From positions 47,244,001-47,308,000 of the forward strand of contig OX597817.1 in NCBI GenBank assembly GCA_951406725.2: a stretch of DNA of 64,000 nucleotides. The letters are read 5' to 3'. The notes under the pieces are model-generated. The model had not been told where the DNA came from. It ran no database searches and saw only the letters and a program-made list of their open reading frames with translations. A program made the translations under genes and the position numbers. Source of the stretch: Octopus vulgaris. Taxonomy: Eukaryota. Positions within the stretch are counted from its first letter, which is position 1. Every line of letters starts with the position of its first letter. Below, in pieces: positions 1 to 13,356 of this stretch.

Positions 1-360
<360 letters not shown>

Positions 361-1040
361 GATTCTTATCAGAGACTTTCTTGGGTCAGCTAAAGATTTA
401 CAAACCATTTTCAATATCCAGCAAATAACCAACCTAACCACAGAGCCATCACATTCAGTTTTTTTATGTTTTTTTTCTATACAAAAACACGACATGGTAA
501 CAATGCTATGTGATTGTTTAATGCTTTCTTTCTTTCTTTGTTATTTTTGTGTTTTTTTTCATTTTTCTCTTCTTTTTCTTTTTCTTTTCTCTTTTACTTC
601 AGCCATGTTTTAGGAGGGGGAAAAAAAAACCCCGTCCCTTTTGTCGAAATAATTACAACTGTAAATCTTCCCATCACCACCACCACCACCACATACATAT
701 ATGCCAAAAACAAAAAAAAAAAAAGAGGGGAAAACAAAATTGGTGAAGAGATAGGGGGTTCTGATGGAAAATGGTGAGAAGTGAATTTCCTTAGCTTATT
801 ACATCTTTCCTTTCTTTTTCCATTTCTCATCTTCTTCTTCTCCTTTTTCTTCTCCTCCCTCGACTCCACCCCCACCACCTTTCTAATCCTCCGCTCCACT
901 TACTCAATGGCTGACAAGAACATACCAATTGGTACCATTTTACCAATTACTTTAAGCAAAATGCAAGGTGGTTATTTTCTTAAAATAGAAAAAGAACAAC
1001 GAAGACAGCAGTAATGACAACGATGGTGATGAGGAGGCAG

Positions 1041-1080
<40 letters not shown>

Positions 1081-1739
1081 TAATAATAATAATAATAAAG
1101 AATAGCGAAAAAGATAAATTGTCATTTCACCAGTTCGTTTATTTTCCCTGTCTTGTTTGTTCATGCACCTGCTTTTACCCCCAACTCCCTCTCTCTTTTT
1201 CTCTCTCCTATTTCTCTCTGTCTCTCTCTCCTTCTATTTCTCTCTGTCTCTTTTTCTCTCTGTCTCTTTTTCTCTCTGTCTCTCTCTTTCTATTTCTCTC
1301 TCTCCTATCTCTCTCCCTCTATTTTTCTCTACACTTTCACACACTTTCATCTTACTGTCCCACTATGTCACACAAAGTCTTTCACATGCACACACACATA
1401 CACATGCATGCGCGTGCATGCATGCACATGCACACGCAAAGTGAAACGCCGGCACTGCTGCATGTAAAAATGTTCTTCTCTGCAATGACGAAAACTGTTA
1501 AAATATTCTGTTGATTTAATATTGTAAACAAACAAATACAACACAATACAATACAAACAAATGTTGATTCTTTTTAAAGAGAAAAAAAAATCACATATGG
1601 ACCTTTAAAAGCCATTTAATAGAGCACTTATAAATTTATGACTCATTATATACACACATATATTTGTAATCACCCATATGTATATAGACACTCAAAGACA
1701 AACATACATAAATACATATACATACATATGCAAACATAC

Positions 1740-1944
1740 AGATGAATGCAAATCTATGTGCACATATATATATCTATATATATATATATGTATATGCATA
1801 CATAAATATATATATATGCACATTATATATATACATATATGCACATTATATATATATATATATGCACATTATATATATACATATATGCACATTATATATA
1901 TATATATATGCACATTTTATATATATATATATATATATATGCAC

Positions 1945-1975
<31 letters not shown>

Positions 1976-2043
1976 CACACACATATATATATATATACAG
2001 GCATATCTATCTATCTATACATGCACACATACACACACATACA

Positions 2044-2075
<32 letters not shown>
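1740..2075. repeat. TA-rich minisatellite (about 23-bp unit atatgcacattatatatatatac) grading into (TACA)n
   Basis: The unit recurs directly; it explains the Y/I/H-rich ORFs here. Confidence 0.85.
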
Positions 2076-2076
<1 letters not shown>

Positions 2077-2646
2077 CACCACCACATATTTCAACATGGA
2101 GAATTGTCACTTTCCACAGGAACTATGCATAAGGAATTTTGATAAAGAATTACTTGCTTATTCAAGAAATGCAGGTTCAAAACCTACCACTGGCAATGAG
2201 ATGCTATTTTGTTCTAGCTCTCAAGTAAACAAAAAAAAACCCCAGTAAAATACACTTGCCCAAAGTGCCATAACATGGACCTGAACCCAGAACCATGTGT
2301 TTGGAAAGTGAACTTCTTAAACTCTCACTCTCATGTAACCTGAGCCAATTCTGCCCGCTAAAAAAACTGAAGAAACAATAGCACACCATAAAGGCCTCTG
2401 TTCCTTAGAGGTGGTTGAACTCATGTCATCCTTACCCATGCATTCACACCCCTCTCACCTCTCTCTTCTAATTCATCTCATTGTGTCCAACTCTCTGGGT
2501 CCTGCACTGATTCCTACATCCAGTCCTTCCTTTTTCAAATGTTGTCCCTCTGAAATTCTCTCCCTAGTTATGTCTTTCCTGCCGATATTAACCAACAAAG
2601 ATTCAAGAAAAAATATGAACGGTATGAACCACAATGGTCTAGAAGA

Positions 2647-3095
2647 GAACCTGGGTTCTCATCCCTAAGGTATTTTTCGATGTTATTATGATTATTATTA
2701 TTGTTGTTGTTCTTGTTGTTGTTCTTATTGTTAAGGTCACTGCTTGGAATCGAACTCAGAATCTTGGGGTTAGTAGCCCATGCTCTTAACCACTACACCA
2801 TATGTCTACGGGCATATGGCATAGTGGCTAAGAGCATGGGCTACTAACCCCAAGATTCCAAGTTCGATTCCAAGCAGTGACCTGAACAATAACAATATTA
2901 ATAATAATAATGACATTGAAAAATACCATAGGAATGAGAACCCAGGTTCGAAATTTTCCCAAGACACCTGAAGGAGGCTGGAGGGTATATCAGCCGAAAC
3001 GTGTTAACAGCAAACAAGATGAGGACAAATATCCGTCGAATGTAAATAATATAAATATTGTACATAATTCTTCATCTCTTAAATATAGAGCTGTA
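2647..3095. mobile_element. Head-to-head inverted tRNA-like repeat followed by a Penelope-like terminus with a decayed hammerhead motif
   Basis: 2647-2806 is the reverse complement of 2811-2949. Each arm has an A box (TGGYRTAGTGG) and a B box (GTTCGATTCC). Hammerhead-like ctgaagg-aggctg..cagcc-gaaac at 2968-3000. The distal part recurs inverted at about 32300-32363. Confidence 0.75.
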
Positions 3096-3280
3096 CTTCA
3101 TTTTATGTTGCTGATTCACCTGTATAAACAAACGTTGATTTGATGAAGAGAGTGAGCTGATGTCTACACAAACATTTGGTCACTATAAATAAATCATTCG
3201 TGCGGATCATTCAGCAAGAAACAACAGAACCGTCTTGCTCAGACTACGAGAATCTACCATCACACACACACCCACACACA

Positions 3281-3426
3281 TATAAATTTAAAACTATTGA
3301 AAAAGTTGGAAGATGCAACAACAATTTTAGGAAAATAAAAAAGAAATAACTGGAAATTTTACCGGTGAGTGAGTTAAATTATAAGGTACTAAAAGAGAAT
3401 GACTCTCCCCAGACACAACAGTATAT

Positions 3427-3467
<41 letters not shown>

Positions 3468-4077
3468 AATTAGTGTACATTTATACACAAAGAGGCAAGC
3501 CATAACAGGTTGCCTATCATACTAGAAAGAACAGTCAAAAAGTCCAAAACACAGTTAAGAGCAATTTCGAAGCGAATGAAAAATAAAACCATTTACCATG
3601 TTTTACAGCCGGACCTCACATTTCGAACTGTAATTAGCAAATAAAATAATTTGCAAGGCAAAGGTCTTATCAGCAGATACGCCAAAATATATAAATTTTA
3701 AACTATTGAAAAGGTTGGAAGACATAACGAAAATTTTAGAAAGAAAAAAAAAAACGAAATAAGTGGAAAGTTTACAGATGAGTGTGTTATATTATAAGGC
3801 ACTAAAAGAGAATGACTCTTTCCAGACAACAGAATATGCTTCAACAGACGAACTTACAAAGATTCTTGCAAACCAAATCCAAAAATGAAATATAAATTTT
3901 AAGTAAACTTTAAACTTGATTCCTGATAAACTCATGTTTATTCTTGTCTTTACCTATTATTTATGAGCATAATATGCCTTCATATGTATGTCCAGGGTTA
4001 AACACAGGTTATTATACCGGTAGTATAACGGATACTTTTATCCCCGAGACAGTTATTCAAAACTCTAACTCTACTAA

Positions 4078-4080
<3 letters not shown>
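3281..4080 (-). mobile_element. Penelope-like non-coding remnant with an approximately 140-bp direct repeat and a decayed hammerhead
   Basis: 3281-3420 is repeated at about 3690-3830. Minus-strand ctgataa..ttc-gaaa..gtc motif at 3605-3677. Interrupted by and ending in (TA)n. Confidence 0.55.
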
Positions 4081-4127
<47 letters not shown>

Positions 4128-4130
<3 letters not shown>

Positions 4131-4535
4131 CCCCAACGCCATCACACTACACCACCACATTACACCACCCTGCACACACTAGCACTGACCACTTCCCAGC
4201 ACCTGCACCATCATCCACACACTTACACATGCACATATGCACATGTCAAGGTCACCAGCCATCTTCTACAGGCACATACACATGCACCTTCGTTTTGAGA
4301 TCACCATTACTTTATTATCTCCCCTTCTTCCTAGCTCTCCTGTCGGCCCTCTCTGTTCAGCATTCGCCATGATAGATCGCTTGCCACTAAACCTTTTCTA
4401 TTTTCTCTTCCTGTTTATTTCTGTGAAGAGCATAGGTTCGAAAAATAAGAGACTTTCGCACTTCCCAAACATTAAACTAATACATCTGTTTGGTGTTTAC
4501 ATACTCATCTTCGTCTTTTGTTTTCTTGTGAATTC

Positions 4536-4540
<5 letters not shown>
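4128..4540 (+). mobile_element. Penelope-like 3' terminus remnant between two (TA)n tracts
   Basis: Degenerate hammerhead-like gtgaagagcataggttcgaaa at about 4423-4443; long (TA)n on both sides. Confidence 0.45.
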
Positions 4541-4592
<52 letters not shown>

Positions 4593-4989
4593 CAAAGTAA
4601 AGTTGTAAGGTTCCACATGAGTGGAAATATATATGAAAGAAGGTTTGAAAATGCAATTTTAAAGATGTTTATTCACTTGACCAGTTTCACTTTTTTAGAA
4701 AAAGATTGTCAAAAGTAAAATGTAAAGCTTTGTATAAGCTTTGTCGTGTTAAGTACTGGTTGTCACAAAAGTATTAAAATACATATATACATTCTTTGAT
4801 AATAAGAAAATGTTAAAAACAGTTTACAAGAAAGTATTTAAGAAAATATTCAACAAAAAGTATTAGGAGTTCAATAAAAATCATGTTTGTTTGGTAGTAT
4901 ATATATACACAGAAGGAGATATATTTAATAATTTACAAAAAAATGGAGAGGAACCAACCTGTCTTTTTGGCATCTTTCTGTCTTGTGTG

Positions 4990-5583
4990 AAGTTTAAAAG
5001 TTCAAAGTGAGCTAAACCCTTCATATCCCACCAAACAAATAACAACACCTTATGTAGGTGAAGACTGGGATGCCAGTATTTCTCCCTTCCCTACCCACTG
5101 TCTTCAGCACTTGACATTTTTATTGAGAACCCATTTATCATTACTAGCCACTATTCAGTCCAAAAAAGGTTTATTCGTGAGACTTGACAGCAAAGAAGAG
5201 CACATATTCACTCTCTGCATGCGATTAGATTTGGTAAGTTTGCAAGGAGCCCATTGACCCAATTTTCTGACTTTTCCAAGGGCACACAGTATCAATGAAT
5301 GGTTGAATGACCAAATTCAAGCTTCTCTGCTAGTTCCTCAACAGTTACAACGGGATTTTGTTCCACTAGGGTTTGCAGGATCTCCTCGTCAAGCTCTACA
5401 GATCTTCCAGGATAAGACTTGTCTTCTAGGCTGTAGCTTCTGGCTCAGAATTTCTGGAACCACCGTAGACCTTGTCTGATCCCCATATACTGCATTAATA
5501 TTCCTCATACTTTCCATTGTATTGTTGCCTTCATTGAACTCTTAAAGCAAAATAAGCCAAATATGCTTTTCTGTTACTTCCAT
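4990..5583 (-). pseudogene. Decayed mariner transposase (N-terminal to first catalytic motif)
   Basis: Minus-strand translation gives MEVTEKHIWLILL*EFNEGNNTMESMRNINAVYGDQT and GKVRKLGQWAPCKLTKSNRMQRVNMCSSLL..PFLD*IVASNDKWVLNKNVK, degenerate forms of the mariner WVPHEL and IVTGDEKW motifs. Contains stops and frameshifts. Confidence 0.85.
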
Positions 5584-6490
5584 TAATAGCTTTGGAAAAA
5601 TAACTTAAAATCGAACTGCACTCTTCGAAACTTTCACCAAGAATAAGTAACAAGGTAACATTTCTACCTGCTTTTATAGCAAGATGATGCAGATATTTTA
5701 CCCTGTCCGCCTCCAACTTTTAGTTCATGCAATTGAAAAAAACCCACATTATTTATGGAATGACCAAATAAATTTATGCTATGGGAAAATTTGCTGTAGG
5801 AAATTTTACCATAAAGAAGACACACAAGCAGACTACAAACTAGACAACTCATATTAATGAAATTACCTTTCGCAAATTGGTAGCTAAGTTGATGAAGTTG
5901 CCATTTCAAGAAAACAGCTAATCTTTTTTTCGGAATTTATTTCTTTTTTTAAGGTGAATTTTCTTACAGCAAAAATGCTTTTGGTGAAATTTCATATAAC
6001 CAAAACAATGTCATATAAGTTATCTCCCAAACGCCGACAATGCTTTATGTCTCTTTGTAAATTCTTCTATTCTCCAAAACAAGAATAAAAAGAAAGGCAT
6101 TCCTTTATTTATTCAATCAAATCTATGGAACTTGAAGAATATTTTGTACCCAGACCTTACAGTTCAATGGCTGTTGCTGGGAAGGAAATCAAGTCGAAAC
6201 ATATATTAAAAAACAAAAAAAAAAGAAGTGGGGAAGAAATTCAACATCTGAAGCATGTCTTTCAGTGTGGTGAACCATGGCAACAGCCCAAGTGTGACGA
6301 AATGAGTCTCATATGAAAACAAGATTGAAAAACACATAGAAAGCCAAATAAAAACTTGTTACATTGAAATGAAGAACAGCCAAAGATTTAAAACTGCTAA
6401 CACAAGTAACTACTACAAAAGTATTGGAGAAGAGAAAAACCATCACCACCAGCATCAGCAGCAGCAGCAACTGCAACAGCAACAACAATT

Positions 6491-6905
6491 GAGGCGCAAC
6501 GGCCCAGTGGTTAGGGCAGCGGACTTGCGGTCGGAGGATCACGGTTTCGATTCCCAGACCGGGCGTTGTGTGTGTTTATTGAGCAAAAACACCTAAAGCT
6601 CCACGAGGCTCTGGCAGTGGGTGGTGGCGACCCCTGTTGTACTCTTTCGCTACAACTTTCTTTCACTCTTTCTTCCTGTTTCTTGTCCCCGACTTCCTAC
6701 GCAACCGCTGAACCTGGATGCGCATTCATCTATCCGTCGATGCTCTCGGTGCCGGAGGTTGACTTGCTTTCTCTTCTGTGGGTCTTACGAATAGCAAAGG
6801 ACCACGTTTCGGACTTCTTCCACTACAGACAATCCTGAGGTGCAATCTTGCGAGCTCTGGGATGAAGACCGCTTCGCTCAACAAACAAACAAACAAACAA
6901 ACAAG
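6491..6905 (+). mobile_element. tRNA-derived SINE with (CAAA)n tail
   Basis: Head gaggcgcaacggcccagtggttagggcagcgg..ggtttcgattccc (A and B boxes), GC-rich body, simple-repeat tail. Confidence 0.8.
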
Positions 6906-7319
6906 CAGCAGCAGCAGTGGCCACTGCATCTAGAAACAAATCCTAACATTCTTTTTGTCTATAAACTCTGCTTCAAGCATTACATTCAGCTATTTCCTGA
7001 GGGCCTGTTTTTTCTTTTGCATGTTAGGTTTTGAAGAGGCAGTACCTTTTGGTAATGGCAGACCCTTACAGATTAGTGAGATTCATGGTATTAGTACTAT
7101 TTTCTATTACAGGCACAAGGCTTGAACCTTTGGGAGAAGAGGCTGGTCACTTGCATCAACCTTAGTGCACAATTAGTATTCATTTTATTAACTCTGAAAA
7201 GATAAAGGGCAAAGTCAACCTCAGTGGAGTTTGAACTCAGGACATAAAACTGGAAGAAATGTCACAAAGCATTTTGCCCAACCAGCAAAATTTCCTACAG
7301 CAAATTTTCCCATGGCACA

Positions 7320-8302
7320 ACATGGCACCGGCAAAGATGCTTTTTTTATGTCGCACTGTCACAGGTGCGATTTTTATGTGGTACTAGCACAGGTGCTCTT
7401 TACATGGCACAGGCACAGATGCGTTTTTATGTGGTACCAGCACAGGTGCTCTTTACATGGCACTGTCACAGGTGCGATTTTTATGTGGCACCAGCACAGG
7501 TGCTCTTTACATGGAACAGGCACAGATGCGTTTTTATGTGGTACCAGCACAGGTGCTCTTTACATGGCACAGGCATAGATGGATTTTTATGTGGCACCAG
7601 CACAGGTGCTCTTTACATGGCACTGTCACAGGTGCGATTTTTATGTGGCACCAACACAGGTGCTCTTTACATGGCACAGGCACAGATGCGTTTTTATGTG
7701 GCACCAGCACAGGTGCTCTTTACATGGCATAGGCACAGGTGCGATTTTTATGTGGTACTAGCACAGGTGCTCTTTACATGGCACAGGCACAGATGCGTTT
7801 TTATGTGGCACCAGCACAGGTGCTCTTTACATGGCACTGTCACAGGTGCGATTTTTATGTGGCACCAGCACAGGTGCTCTTTACATGGAACAGGCACAGA
7901 TGCGTTTTTATGTGGTACCAGCACAGGTGCTCTTTACATGGCACAGGCACAGATGGATTTTTATGTGGCACCAGCACAGGTGCTCTTTACATGGCACTGT
8001 CACAGGTGCGATTTTTATGTGGTACCAGCACAGATGCTCTTTACATGGCACAGGCACAGATGCGTTTTTATGTGGTACCAGCACAGGTGCTCTTTACATG
8101 GCACAGGCACAGATGGATTTTTATGTGGCACCAGCACAGTTGCTTTTTTTATGTGGAACTGTCACAGGTGCGATTTTTATGTGGTACCAGCACAGATGCT
8201 CTTTACATGGCACAGGCACAGATGCGTTTTTATGTGGCACCAGCATAGGTGCTCTTTACATGGCACAGATGCTTTTTTATGTGGTACCAGCACAGGTGCT
8301 CA
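7320..8302 (+). repeat. Higher-order minisatellite of alternating 26-bp and 27/28-bp units
   Basis: Unit ggcaccagcacaggtgctctttacat alternates with ggcactgtcacaggtgcgatttttatgt or ggcacaggcacagatgcgtttttatgt. A 374-bp super-period is visible (ORF starts 7365/7739 and 7457/7831). Confidence 0.95.
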
Positions 8303-8994
8303 TTACGTAGCTAGCAATTAACTCTATGAATTCCATCAAACCAGAAAATGACAAATTAAATCGAACCAAGACAACAAAATCTTAAAAAATAAAAAAGGAA
8401 AAAAAAAACTGGCTCCATGTCAACGTATCAGATCTGATGTTCTATAAAATGTTCTCCTTTCACAAGAATAATGTTGTGCACTTCTACGACCATTCCCACC
8501 ATCCAGCCAAACCAGCCAACAAAACAAAGTTCCATTGATTTGGTTCAGTTTGTTTTCTTGGTTGATCGGTTGTCCATTTAGTGTCATCTCACAAACTTCT
8601 CAAAGATATGAAATCCTAATTTTTAATCAACAATTACAACATAAAATAAAATAAAACTAAAAAAAAAACCTCGTTTTTTTTTTTTTTTTTTATTGGCTTT
8701 TTGTTCTGCGTTTTAATTTTCTATTCTAATTTTTATTTATTTATTTATGTATTTATTTTCTTTTTAATATCTAAATGTTATTTGGATATTAAATATATGT
8801 CCGCTTCTGCTCAACATGTCATATGCTGGCCTAGCCATGAGTTATATGATAAACAAGAATCACTTAGACGGAAAATGAAACATAATAGAAAAATATGTTC
8901 GCACGCACATAATTACAAAGCGCCACAATGTGTCAGAGACATTGGTGCCTGTAAGAGTTAGCAATGGAATAATACATTAAGAACCTTATCAGAT

Positions 8995-9680
8995 ATGTAT
9001 GTGTGTGTGCGTCTGTGTGTGTGTGTGGTGTATCTGTTCATGTGTGTGTTGTGTGAACGTGTGTCTGTGTATGCGTATATGTCCCCATGTGTGTGTGTGT
9101 GATGTGTGTGCGTGTTTATATGAATGTTTAGCGGTGTGTACATATGTCCCCATGTATGTGTGTGAATGTTTATCTGTGTATGTGCATATATATCCCCATA
9201 TGTGTGTTTGTGTGTTAATATGTCTGCGTATGTGCATATGTCCCCATGTGTGTGTGTATGTTTATCTGTGTATGTGCATATGTCCCCATGTGTGTGTGTG
9301 TGTGTGAATGTTTATCTGTGTATGTGCATATATCCCCATATGTGAGTGTGTGTGTGTGAATATGTGTCTGTGTATGTGCATATGTCCCCATTTGTGTGTG
9401 TGTGTGCGCGTGCATGCAAATGTTTATTTATATATGTGCATATATTCCCATATGTGTGTGTGTGAATGTTTATCTATGTATGTGCATATATTCCCATATG
9501 TGTGTGTGTGCGTGAATGTGTATCCGTGTATATGTGTATGTCTTCATGTGTGTGTGTATGAATGAGTCAGTGTATGTGCATATGATACGTCCCCATGTAT
9601 GTGTGTATGTGAATGTGTGTCTGTGTTTGGGCATGCACATGTGAGTGTGTATTTTGTCTATGTATGTGTATGTATATTCA
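8995..9680. repeat. TG-rich minisatellite, about 40-bp unit (gaatgtttatctgtgtatgtgcatatgtccccat(gt)n)
   Basis: More than a dozen diverged tandem units are visible. Confidence 0.85.
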
Positions 9681-9929
9681 TGTAGTAAGAACATTTTCCT
9701 TGCTTCTAATCAGTCATCTTTCTTTCGGTTAACATTGAAGTAAAATATTTTTGTCGTCAGGTAAAATAATGAAAAGCCAACAGAGGATTAATACCTGTAT
9801 TACCTGTATTATGTAAGGTTTACTGCATGTGTGCTGCCATTTTCTTCTTTACATGCCATGCCTAAAAGCAAAAATGGTCATGGACTCCCAGGCCCTCTTG
9901 TTCCACACACACACACAACACATTATAGG

Positions 9930-10195
9930 AAAGGGGTTTTTTCTGATACCTGTTGTTACAGCCATCAAGTACCTTCTCTCTCTATTTTCACCTGCTTTCT
10001 CTTTTGAGTTCCTCAGTTGTCATCAAATGAACCAGGTTGTTTTTTCTTATATCTTGTCCAATGAATTAAGCCAGTTGTCGCCAAATGTTTTTGTAGCTTA
10101 GAACCGATATGCTGTAGAAATGGTATACTTCAGTCAAACGCCTGTAAAACATCTTCATTTCAGTGCATATATCTGCCTTTCTAACCTGGAGGAAT
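9930..10195 (-). mobile_element. Highly decayed RTE-like LINE ORF2 C-terminal fragment
   Basis: Frameshifted similarity to the RTE post-RT motif (AFEMxCxRRxLxI); weak. Confidence 0.4.
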
Positions 10196-10617
10196 GCTTC
10201 AGGTAGCAGACTCAGGTAGTGATTTCAAATTCTGGCATTCGGCCAGTAATTCCGAGGGATGGAGAAGTTTGATTACATTGATTCCAGTAATCAACAGGTA
10301 CTCATTTCACTGACCATGAAAGGATAAGAGGCAAAGAGAACTTTGGCAGGATTTGAACATAAAGAGGGACAAAACAACAGTTGTTGGCCCAGTGTATTAA
10401 CAACCCTTCCAGCTCACTGCTTTCCACAAAACCAGTGATTTTAAAGGGTTGGTGGGGAAGTTGACTACTCAGACTCCAGTGCCCAACTGGTACTTATTTC
10501 ATCAACCCCCAAAAGGATGAAAGGTAAGGTTAACCACAGCAGAATTTGAACTCGGAAAAAATAGAAGATCCATGCATGCATACATACATACATTCATTCA
10601 TACATACACACATACAA

Positions 10618-10830
10618 AGGTTTTGTTAGTAAATACTCAAAGGAGAATCTGGATAAACTGGGATTTTCAGAAAGAGAAATTGTCCAGCTGATTCGTACAT
10701 TACAAGCCCAATCTGTGAGTGGAACAGCAAAAATATGCAAGACTTTTCTCAAGTTCCAAAATGTGAATTTGTCTGTTAACTACAACCCAAAGGTGGAGCC
10801 TTGTATCTTTGTTGGAAACCGGCTCCCTCC
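10618..10830 (+). mobile_element. 3' end of a restriction-like-endonuclease (R4/Dong-type) non-LTR element
   Basis: Translates FVSKYSKENLDKLGFSEREIVQLIRTLQAQSVSGTAKICKTFLKF, resembling the terminal Q..s..GT..I motif of REL-class LINEs. Confidence 0.55.
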
Positions 10831-11081
10831 CTACACACACACACAGACATATATATATATGCATACATACATACATACATAGACAGGAAGAGAAAAAGTG
10901 GAGATTATATGAATACAGCAATAAATAATGATACAAATAAATGGGGAGTAAGAGAAATAACTTGATTTACAGACGGATACAGAAATTATAGGAGATAAGT
11001 AAATTTATTCTACTAAACAAATAGGCAAATAGATAGAGTGTTAGAGAGATACATAGACAAGGGGGAATAGAAGACATAGAT

Positions 11082-11116
<35 letters not shown>

Positions 11117-11611
11117 CAGACAGAGAGACAAACACACAGATGGACAGAGAATGAAAGGAGATTGGATAAGAAAATGGCATAATGGAATTGAAAAGTTCTG
11201 TACCAACTGCTGTGGTTTCAGTTGTAGAATTAAGAATTCTTCCTGAATGATGTTGTGAATATCAATCAGTCATTGTGGCTTTTTTTTTTTTTTTTTCCTA
11301 TATTTTAGTTTTAATCAGACGAAGAAATTCTTTGATGTTGGGTGAAACGGTAGGACAAGTAGGACAACCACAAAAACAATGACCCAGTCACAACAACAAT
11401 AACAATAACAATAACAACAACAGCAAGTAAAACAACAAGCTGGTGGGGTGGGGTGGGGTGGGGGTGACAGAGCTACTCTAAGTAAGACATCTACAGACTG
11501 CCAACAGGACCAAAACCATCCATTCTCCGCTGCCTCTGCCACTACCTTATGAAGAAGATTAAAAAAAACACACTAATTCTAACACCTTTAACTTCACAAT
11601 TGTCATAATCA

Positions 11612-12125
11612 GATAGACACCACCACCACCATCACAACTGCCATCACAACCATCACTGCCACCACCACAACCATCACTGCCAATACCACAACCACCACTA
11701 CGACTATTACCACCAGCATCACAACCATAACTGCCATCACAACCACCACTATGACTATTACCATTACCACCACTATCACTGCTACAACCATCATTACTAC
11801 TACAACCACCATCATCACCACTACTACTACCTTCATCACCACTACAATCACCACCATCACTACTACAACAACTACCATTACTACTACAACCACTACCATC
11901 ATCACTACAACCACCACCATCATCACTACAACCACCACCATCACCACTACAATAACTGCCATTATCATTACAACTACTACCATCACCACTACAACCACCA
12001 CCATCACCACTAAAGTCAACACCATCACCACCACCACTACAATTAGCACAACTACTACTACAACCATCACCACCACCATGAAACCAACAATACAGTGAAA
12101 ACAGCCAATATCACCACCACCAGCT
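11612..12125. repeat. Cryptic (CAC/CAT/TAC)n trinucleotide region
   Basis: Degenerate triplet repeat; source of the poly-Thr and poly-Val ORFs. Confidence 0.9.
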
Positions 12126-12544
12126 TCATCACTGTTCCACAGGATGGAAGACAATTTAGTAGTAGTAGTAGTCAGAGGAGGAGGCAGAGTCTGAAGACTG
12201 AAAAGACAAGATACAGACACTCAAAACAGGTGACACTGTTGATATTGTTGAGAGAGAGAGAGAGAGAGAGGCAGGCAGTAAGGTCCCGGGTGTGGGGAGA
12301 GATGTCCATTTGTCAATGTTGATAGTGGTGGTGGTGGTGGTGGTGGTGGTGGTGGTAGCAGTGACTGTGGGTTGTATGGCTGAGATATACTAAGTGAAAA
12401 GCCCATTTGCCAACAGTGAAAGATTAATGACACAAGAGAGAATTTGATGTGGTTGTGAGGTGGTCAAGAATAAAGATTAGGACACACACACACTCATGTA
12501 TATATGTGCATGCATGCACATGTGTTTGGAGATATGTATGTGCC

Positions 12545-12608
<64 letters not shown>

Positions 12609-12636
12609 CATACCTATATAAACATATATATATACA

Positions 12637-12674
<38 letters not shown>

Positions 12675-12782
12675 TACCTACATATAGATATATACATATA
12701 CACACCTATATATATATATATATACACATACCTATATATATATACACATACCGACATATATATTTATATTTACATACTTACC

Positions 12783-12820
<38 letters not shown>

Positions 12821-12864
12821 ACCCTATATATATACATATATATAATTATATATAGATATATACA

Positions 12865-12926
<62 letters not shown>

Positions 12927-13356
12927 GTGTGCATGTATACATATATATCATATTTAAACATACACATATAAGTGTATTTAAATTGATACACACAGTTTGT
13001 GTGTGTGTGTGACTGGCTTCAGCTGCAACTGTCCTGTAATAAATTTTGTTTCTTTTCTGTTGTATTAGTTTAGTTTCTTTTGTTTTGTGTGACTATTGTT
13101 GCTGATGTTGTTGTTGTGTTTGCTTATCTTCCTCCAGTGAACTGTTACCACAAGGGGGACACGGTGGGACAACGCAGAGCTGGTGCCCCGACCCCCTCCC
13201 TGCAGATGGGGAAACGAATACAGAACGGATGATGAATAATAGTCAACACGTGCTTGCACACACACACACACAAACACGATTCTACACACCACAACTATAT
13301 GTGTATGAGTGTGAGTGCATTCTCATCACCACCACCATTATTACCACCAGCAACAC

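Noticed and set aside
2811-2883. Functional tRNA gene (anticodon loop CT-ACT-AA)
   Set aside because: The acceptor, anticodon and T stems pair poorly, and the sequence is embedded in a repeat; treated as a tRNA-derived head.
6491-6565. tRNA gene
   Set aside because: It continues into a SINE body and (CAAA)n tail, and the cloverleaf is incomplete.
5781-7313. 28-bp inverted match (5781-5808 and 7287-7313) as TIRs of one 1.5-kb element
   Set aside because: No TSD is visible and the interior is unrelated SINEs; more likely two fragments of a common repeat with 15-bp subterminal units.
7320-8302. CRISPR-like array (constant palindromic 26-bp unit alternating with 27/28-bp segments) and its 318-aa ORF
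   Set aside because: The apparent spacers are not unique and are homologous to the constant unit. There are no cas genes, the context is eukaryotic, and all frames give repetitive peptides.
11609-12220. Long poly-Val/poly-Thr ORFs (also 22137-22554, 28888-29187 and 61175-61669)
   Set aside because: Products of trinucleotide repeats, which lack stops by construction.
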